From the NCBI GenBank assembly GCA_043778225.1, contig JAYWGM010000107.1:1-11549 (forward strand): 11,549 nt of DNA. The letters run 5' to 3'. The translations under genes were made by a program, and so were the position numbers. This document shows positions 6,663 to 11,549 of this stretch, piece after piece. Position 1 is the first letter of the stretch; the number at the start of each line of letters is the position of its first letter. The notes under the pieces were generated by a model. It did no database searches. It was not told the origin of the DNA and worked only from the letters and a program-made list of their open reading frames with translations. This stretch comes from Deinococcales bacterium (GTDB lineage: Bacteria > Deinococcota > Deinococci > Deinococcales > JAAFIG01).

Positions 6663-7677
6663 TGTTCCAACGGGTAATCCACTCGTCACGTACACCCAAT
6701 AAGTAGCCAGCATCCAAAAAGCGCATATTGGCAAACTCGGCAAGGGTGGTCAATTGAGCCGCTTTGGCAGGTTTGATTTGGATGGTTTTATTGACCGGTG
6801 AATCCACAAGGTCGTTGGCTTGCGCCGTTTGTACCCCTTTGGAAATCATAAAGTTAATAAACTGATGCGCCAAATCTTCATTCTTTGTGCCTTTGATGAT
6901 CGAGGCGGTGTTCATTAGACCGACTTGACCCTCGCGCAAACGCGCCCAAGCCAGTGGTTTACCGGTATTGAGCATTGTCCCCCACGCAAAACGACCGATT
7001 GGCGCAGCCCAGATTTCGTCTTGGGCAAATAACGAAGCCACCTGTGAGGATTGATTGTAAAAAGTCAAAACATTGGCTTTGAGGGCTGCCAATTGCTTAA
7101 AGCCGGGGTCAACATTGGTGTCTGTACCGCCGTAAGCACGGTTGGTGGCAAAAACCACGGGCGGTCCTTGGGTGGTGGTGATGTTTGGCAGCGCCACCCG
7201 ACCTTTGAGTTCTGGTCGCCATAAATCTTTCCAAGAAGTGATAGGCACACTGATTTTGTCGGTGCGGTAAGCAATGCTAATCGAGTAGGCGGTAAACGCC
7301 ACGCCATAATTATTGCCGAGCGGATTCTTGGCAAAGTCATAAATCTGAACAGCGTTGCTGATTTTTTTCATCTCGAGTGGCTCGAGTAAATCTTGTTTGA
7401 TGGCTGAACGGGCAAAATAATCGCCTAAAAGCGCCACATCTATGTTGGGGTTATCTTTGCGGGCAATCAGTTTGGCGAGGCGGTCGGCGTTGTTGCCAAC
7501 CTCATGCACCACTTTGCAACCACAGATGGCTTCAAACGGACGGGTGATGTTTTTATCTATCAAAGGCTGATTTAACCCAAAGCTCGAGATTGTCAAAGTG
7601 CGGGTTTGTCCTAATGCCAAAGAGACCAGTGCGCCCAGCGATACAGCGCCAGCCAGAACAACAACGGATTTTTTCAT
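6646..7677 (-). CDS. ABC transporter substrate-binding protein, PotD/PotF-like
   Basis: Signal peptide, motifs ITSWKDLWRPELKGRVALP and NEDLAHQFINF. GAGGAG SD. First gene of the operon. Confidence 0.9.
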   Translation of the reverse strand: MKKSVVVLAGAVSLGALVSLALGQTRTLTISSFGLNQPLIDKNITRPFEAICGCKVVHEVGNNADRLAKLIARKDNPNIDVALLGDYFARSAIKQDLLEPLEMKKISNAVQIYDFAKNPLGNNYGVAFTAYSISIAYRTDKISVPITSWKDLWRPELKGRVALPNITTTQGPPVVFATNRAYGGTDTNVDPGFKQLAALKANVLTFYNQSSQVASLFAQDEIWAAPIGRFAWGTMLNTGKPLAWARLREGQVGLMNTASIIKGTKNEDLAHQFINFMISKGVQTAQANDLVDSPVNKTIQIKPAKAAQLTTLAEFANMRFLDAGYLLGVRDEWITRWNKEIAR

Positions 7678-7715
7678 GATTTACTCCTCTTGTATGCCAC
7701 CCAACATCGCCATGA

Positions 7716-7745
7716 ACTATAACCACCTTCAACAGCTTGCGTCAA
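7716..7745 (-). promoter_or_regulatory. Sigma70-type promoter of the ABC/purine operon: TTGACG-N18-TATAGT
   Basis: Both hexamers match consensus at 5/6 positions, about 40 nt upstream of ATG 7677. Confidence 0.6.
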
Positions 7746-7847
7746 TAAAACCCTAACACATCTGGTGGATAGATGATTGTGAAAAACCGAGTGGTAGCCA
7801 TGACAAAAAAAGGATAGGCTGCTCGAGGTTTGGCTCAGGAGAAAGCA

Positions 7848-9137
7848 ATGAAATCTAAAAATGCTAAAATTCAAGTTGTTTTTCGCCCAATGCACTGGAT
7901 TATTGGCTTTGGTTTTTTGTTTGGGGTGGCACTGTCTACCCAAGTAGCCCAAAGCACGCTCTGGACAGCTAAAGAATTGCAGGTTATCCGTTCTTTGTGG
8001 GTCAATAATTTAGCCCCAGTACCTCGAGATTCTTCCAATAAATTTGAAGCCATTCCAGAAGTTGCAGAATTTGGCAAATTGCTTTTTATGGAAAAAAAGC
8101 TCAGTGGTAACGATGATGTTTCGTGTGCCAGTTGTCACAACCCAGAAACAAAATTTAGCGACCATCAAGACCTTTCCGAAGGTATGGGTTTGGCAGCGCG
8201 GCACACCCCCAATATCGTGGCATCCGCCTACAGCCCCTATCAGTTTTGGGATGGACGAGCCGATTCGTTGTGGTCTCAAGCCCTTGGACCACTTGAGAAT
8301 CCCATGGAACACGGTATTGACCGCACCCAACTGATGCGTACTGTCCAAGCCTTGTATGCAGCCAATTACGAAAAATTATTCGGTAGTACCCCCGATTTTA
8401 ACGATGCTGAGCGTTTTCCAACTCATGCCAGTCCACTGGGTGATGAAACCGCCCAGCAGAATTGGCGCAGTATGAATCCAGACAGCCGAAATGCAGTCAA
8501 TCGGGCTTTTAGTAACGTTGGTAAAGCCTTAGCAGCCTATGTCCGCACCCTCTCGCCTAAAGTCACCCGCTTTGACCAGTATGTGGCAGCCTTGAGTCAG
8601 GAAAACGTAGAAATTGCGTTTAACCCCGATGAAACGGCTGGCTTAAAGCTCTTTATCGGTAAAGCCAACTGTATTATTTGTCATAGCGGCGCACTTTTTA
8701 CCGACCAGCAGTTCCACAATACTGGTTTGCCCGTCGAAAGCAACACCACTCCAGATTTGGGTCGTTTTGAAGGCTTAAAACAGCTTATCAGCAGCGAATT
8801 TAATTGTCGCTCGGTCTACAGCGATGCCCCCAGCGATGAATGTTTGGCGCTCTCTAAAGCCGAACTTGATATGCTCGAGTCTGATGCTACCGCCACCGCA
8901 GGGAATAAAAATGCTGGTGCGTTCAAAACCCCAAGTTTACGCAATGTTGCCGAGACCATGCCCCTGATGCACACTGGGCAGTTTAAGAATTTAAGACGGG
9001 TTCTCGAGCATTACAACAAAGCCCCCAAAAGTAAATGGGGGACTACGGAGTTAAAACCATTGGATTTAAGCCAACAAGAAATTTTTCAACTCGAGCAATT
9101 TTTAGAAACCCTGACCGATGCCGACACGATTCGCTGA
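7848..9137 (+). CDS. Di-heme cytochrome c peroxidase / MauG-family protein, start revised to ATG 7848
   Basis: Two CxxCH motifs (CASCH, CIICH), QFWDGRA, FTDQQFHNTG, GAFKTPSLRNV and PLMHTG. N-terminal signal/anchor. AGGAG SD. Confidence 0.92.
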   Translation: MKSKNAKIQVVFRPMHWIIGFGFLFGVALSTQVAQSTLWTAKELQVIRSLWVNNLAPVPRDSSNKFEAIPEVAEFGKLLFMEKKLSGNDDVSCASCHNPETKFSDHQDLSEGMGLAARHTPNIVASAYSPYQFWDGRADSLWSQALGPLENPMEHGIDRTQLMRTVQALYAANYEKLFGSTPDFNDAERFPTHASPLGDETAQQNWRSMNPDSRNAVNRAFSNVGKALAAYVRTLSPKVTRFDQYVAALSQENVEIAFNPDETAGLKLFIGKANCIICHSGALFTDQQFHNTGLPVESNTTPDLGRFEGLKQLISSEFNCRSVYSDAPSDECLALSKAELDMLESDATATAGNKNAGAFKTPSLRNVAETMPLMHTGQFKNLRRVLEHYNKAPKSKWGTTELKPLDLSQQEIFQLEQFLETLTDADTIR

Positions 9138-9141
9138 CAAC

Positions 9142-9708
9142 TTATTTAGCGAGTTCAAACACAAAGCCAGTGCCGTTGAATTTGTAGTAGCCAAGCACCA
9201 CATCCGAATCCGAGAATTCGCCGCTCTGAATCGTGATGGTCGTGCCAAGACGCGGAAATTTAAGATAATACGACATCTGTTCGGTTGTGTATTTTTCGCC
9301 AGTTTTTCGGTTATACACCGCCAGAATTTTCTGCTCGAGGGCTGGGCTTAGGCTTGGGTTGTCGGCAGCCGGAAAGACCATCCCGGGCAGCATTTTTTGG
9401 GTCACATCCACAAATTTTGTACCGCGTGGTTCGACAAACTTAACCCTCGAGATAAAACAGCCCGGTCCACAGCCATAGCTCGAGTCGCCGATTAAATCTA
9501 TGCCGTTTTTTCTGCGCCAGATGGCAAATTCACCGCCGCCTTCCCAGCCGCCCGAATACGCAATGTAATCGTTTTTCAGGTCGGCAGCATACTCAGAAAC
9601 ATTGATTTTATTGCCAACCACTTTCCAATAATCCAGCACAGTTTTTTTACTTTGGGCAGCCACCAAGCTCGAGACCAGCAGCACCGCCAGTACCATTATT
9701 TTTTTCAT
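9142..9708 (-). CDS. Secreted hypothetical protein, paralog of 10550..11140, start revised to ATG 9708
   Basis: MKK signal peptide ending VAA|Q. ATGA overlap with the upstream stop at 9705-9707. Confidence 0.8.
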   Translation of the reverse strand: MKKIMVLAVLLVSSLVAAQSKKTVLDYWKVVGNKINVSEYAADLKNDYIAYSGGWEGGGEFAIWRRKNGIDLIGDSSYGCGPGCFISRVKFVEPRGTKFVDVTQKMLPGMVFPAADNPSLSPALEQKILAVYNRKTGEKYTTEQMSYYLKFPRLGTTITIQSGEFSDSDVVLGYYKFNGTGFVFELAK

Positions 9709-10550
9709 ACCCCACAACCCCAGTCAAGCATTCTCGAGAAACCTTTGCCGTTCCAAGTGTAAATCGTTACGCCATAGCCTTCGTGTACAAGGTCATCCAC
9801 AAAAACTTCCATCTTCCCATCGCCGTTTATATCGGCAATCGCGCTGATGAACTGGGTCATGACTTGAGGTTGCCCAGAAGTGCCATCAAAAACCTTGGTT
9901 ACGATTCGTTCGCCAAGCGTAAAAGTCTGGACTTTTCCAGCCACGACTTTACGTACCAGCACCAATGAATACTCGCCTTTTTCTTGTCCGTATGAGCCAT
10001 TTAAGCGATTCTGAGCATCAAAACTCAAGCGCGGATTTTGTGCCACCAACAGCACTTCGTTGCTTTTGTCGTTGTCGAGGTCGGTTTGAATGATTTGCGA
10101 AAGCATGACTGGTTGGCTGATTTTACGTTTTTTTAGCTCGTCGGTCATGACTTTTTGATAGGCTACATTGGTGTTTGGAATAGCGGTTATGGCTCGAGGC
10201 ACTGGATTCCACGCGGCGGCTAAAGCATAGGTTGGTAAATACGGTAATTTGACAGGTGTACTGATGCTCGTAACCCGAACCCAATCGCAAAAGCCAGTCT
10301 CAATTTTACCGCCAGACATGGCTTTGCCGATTGCGCCAGTGTTATTGAGCAGCACTGTTTGTAAACCATTTTTAATTGCGTTCTGGCTACCAAGCGAAAG
10401 TTTTTCGCCAACCGCCCATGTGTTGCCCTCGAGCGCCCCGACGATGGCGGTTTCTTCTAAGTCCAAGCGAAACAGCACCGCTTTAGGTGTGCTTTGTGCC
10501 AGTGCCACAAGGCTCGAGCCGAGAAGTATTGCAACAATTATTTTTTTCAT
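9705..10550 (-). CDS. Secreted protein with two FG-GAP/VCBS-like DxD/NxD Ca-binding loops
   Basis: Signal peptide ending ALA|Q, loops DLDNDKSNEVL and DINGDGKMEVF. TGATG coupling at 10552-10548 (alternative ATG at 10556). Confidence 0.8.
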   Translation of the reverse strand: MKKIIVAILLGSSLVALAQSTPKAVLFRLDLEETAIVGALEGNTWAVGEKLSLGSQNAIKNGLQTVLLNNTGAIGKAMSGGKIETGFCDWVRVTSISTPVKLPYLPTYALAAAWNPVPRAITAIPNTNVAYQKVMTDELKKRKISQPVMLSQIIQTDLDNDKSNEVLLVAQNPRLSFDAQNRLNGSYGQEKGEYSLVLVRKVVAGKVQTFTLGERIVTKVFDGTSGQPQVMTQFISAIADINGDGKMEVFVDDLVHEGYGVTIYTWNGKGFSRMLDWGCGV

Positions 10551-11140
10551 CAGCATTTTCCTTTACCCAATACAAAGATATTGGTTTTATTATTCCAATC
10601 TAAGCTGTACTCGAGATTTTCACTACCTTTCACCAGAATACTTGTACCACGTTGCGGAATTTTATAACGTGCTTCATTAAAACTTATTTTACATTTGCTA
10701 AAGGTATTTTTTAAGGCAGTCATTGGCAGTATTTTATTGGTTACATCCCTAAATTTTTGACCATCAGTGGTACTTGAGAACACCAGACTACTGGCAAAAA
10801 AATCTGTGGAATATCCGTACTGAGCGCCAATAAAAACAGTTTTAGAACTCACTGAACGCCAGACTGCTAAGGCATAAACATTGAGGTCGCCACTGCCTGG
10901 TTCGCATCCACCGAACACCAGACTGAGGTAATCGTTTTGAAGGTTCTTATTGACGGTTGCACAACCACGTTGTAGCTTCTCCGAAATTTTCGGGTTGCCA
11001 ATCCAAGTTTTGAGTTCTGGATTTTCCACCAGCCGCAAATCGTTCGGCATGGCAAGTACATAATCAGCCACGGTTAAGCGGCTTTGGGCAACACCAAAAC
11101 TCGAGACCAGAACACCAAATAGTAAAAACGCTTTTTTCAT
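10550..11140 (-). CDS. Secreted hypothetical protein, probably leaderless first gene of a 3-gene operon
   Basis: MKK signal peptide ending GVA|Q. No SD, with TAAAAT 6 nt before the ATG. Confidence 0.8.
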   Translation of the reverse strand: MKKAFLLFGVLVSSFGVAQSRLTVADYVLAMPNDLRLVENPELKTWIGNPKISEKLQRGCATVNKNLQNDYLSLVFGGCEPGSGDLNVYALAVWRSVSSKTVFIGAQYGYSTDFFASSLVFSSTTDGQKFRDVTNKILPMTALKNTFSKCKISFNEARYKIPQRGTSILVKGSENLEYSLDWNNKTNIFVLGKGKC

Positions 11141-11146
11141 GCTGCT

Positions 11147-11178
11147 ATTTTACCAACCCAGCGTGACTCGAGCGTGAC
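11147..11178 (-). promoter_or_regulatory. Direct-repeat promoter C: GTCACGCTCGA-GTCACG-N9-TAAAAT-N6-ATG
   Basis: Same geometry as A and B. The -10 position would place the transcription start at the ATG. Confidence 0.75.
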
Positions 11179-11186
11179 ATGAGGAT

Positions 11187-11472
11187 TCACGACTTGCGGT
11201 ATGGTTTTAATCTGCCCAAGTTGCGTTTAGAGTACACTTGGTCTCGAGTATCAATCAGCACAACGGTGATAAGCAGACCAATAATACTGAACACCACGCG
11301 AAAAGGTGGGACTTTCAGACACATTAAATAATAGCCCTGCATTTGTTCAACACTACCTGTTCCTATTTGTGCCATACAGGCAAGATTGATTCTAAGGTGT
11401 TCACTCTCAGCTTGGTTAAGTTCGGACAAATCATCAATGGCTTTATCAGTAATACCGAATTAACTTAATCAC
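11187..11472 (-). pseudogene. RelE/StbE-like toxin with an apparent frameshift near the 5' end
   Basis: The open frame from 11459 reads FGITDKAIDDLSEL...GSVEQMQG...LKVPPFRVVFSI...ITVVLIDTRDQVY, matching the RelE layout. The plausible GTG at 11472 is one base out of frame, and an in-frame TAA lies at 11462-11460. Confidence 0.6.
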
Positions 11473-11483
11473 TCTCGTTTGCC

Positions 11484-11504
11484 AAAAAACGGCAAACTGC
11501 CGTT
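11484..11504 (-). terminator. Intrinsic terminator AACGGCA-GTT-TGCCGTTTTTT
   Basis: 7-bp stem (11488-11494 / 11498-11504) whose 3' arm runs into T6 on the minus strand. Confidence 0.6.
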
Positions 11505-11549
11505 CTCGCGTTAAATTCGGTATCGTTAATACTCCCGTTGGTCGGGTAA

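Larger units (their letters stand above)
27..11248. repeat. Highly iterated dispersed palindrome CTCGAG (about 69 copies)
   Basis: Hand count, e.g. 27, 534, 561, 630, 643, 844, 880, 907, 952, 1030, 1122 ... 11100, 11167, 11243. About one per 170 bp. Confidence 0.97.

Noticed and set aside
7678..7847. Purine riboswitch upstream of the salvage operon
   Set aside because: No purine-aptamer core is visible, and the predicted leader is only about 30 nt.
6490..9676. 17-bp identity CCACCAAGCTCGAGACC at 6490-6506 and 9660-9676
   Set aside because: Centred on the abundant hexamer, read in different frames of unrelated genes, and not bounding a recognisable element. Possibly chance.
726..10680. Alternative ORFs such as 838..1197, 4892..5509, 5241..5735, 5879..6253, 7674..7952 and 10249..10680
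   Set aside because: They are antisense or off-frame shadows of well-supported genes, with no recognisable motifs.
27..11248. CTCGAG excess as XhoI cloning scars or concatemers
   Set aside because: Long conserved ORFs read through the sites intact in all frames, so the sites appear native.
11179..11331. Plus-strand 50-aa ORF starting MRIHDLRYGF, similar to the tyrosine-recombinase HxLRH box
   Set aside because: Only a short match with no downstream LGH/Tyr motif, and it is antisense to the better-supported RelE-like frame.
11526..11549. Possible 3' end of an upstream minus-strand gene (LPDQREY*)
   Set aside because: Consistent with the nearby terminator but too short to support.

Overview
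Bacterial chromosomal segment of roughly balanced GC. A Deinococcota origin is a tentative inference from a leaderless TAAAAT-N6-ATG promoter and the oligonucleotide bias. The core is a minus-strand purine-salvage operon: PotD-like substrate-binding protein, two permeases, ATPase, nucleoside hydrolase and adenine deaminase. A divergent di-heme cytochrome c peroxidase/MauG-family gene lies next to it. Both flanks carry small exported proteins with MKK signal peptides, and a frame-disrupted RelE-like toxin gene sits at the right end. Three signals are not explained by the genes. (1) The palindrome CTCGAG occurs about 69 times by hand count versus about 3 expected, in all frames and between genes, resembling a HIP1-like highly iterated palindrome; GGCC and GATC are nearly absent. 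(2) The same promoter architecture, GTCAYGCT-N3-GTCACG-N9-TAAAMT, precedes all three exported-protein units, suggesting an OmpR/PhoB-type regulon. (3) A candidate small RNA or structured leader has a CTCGAG-built stem and an anti-Shine-Dalgarno loop. All counts are manual and no database searches were run.
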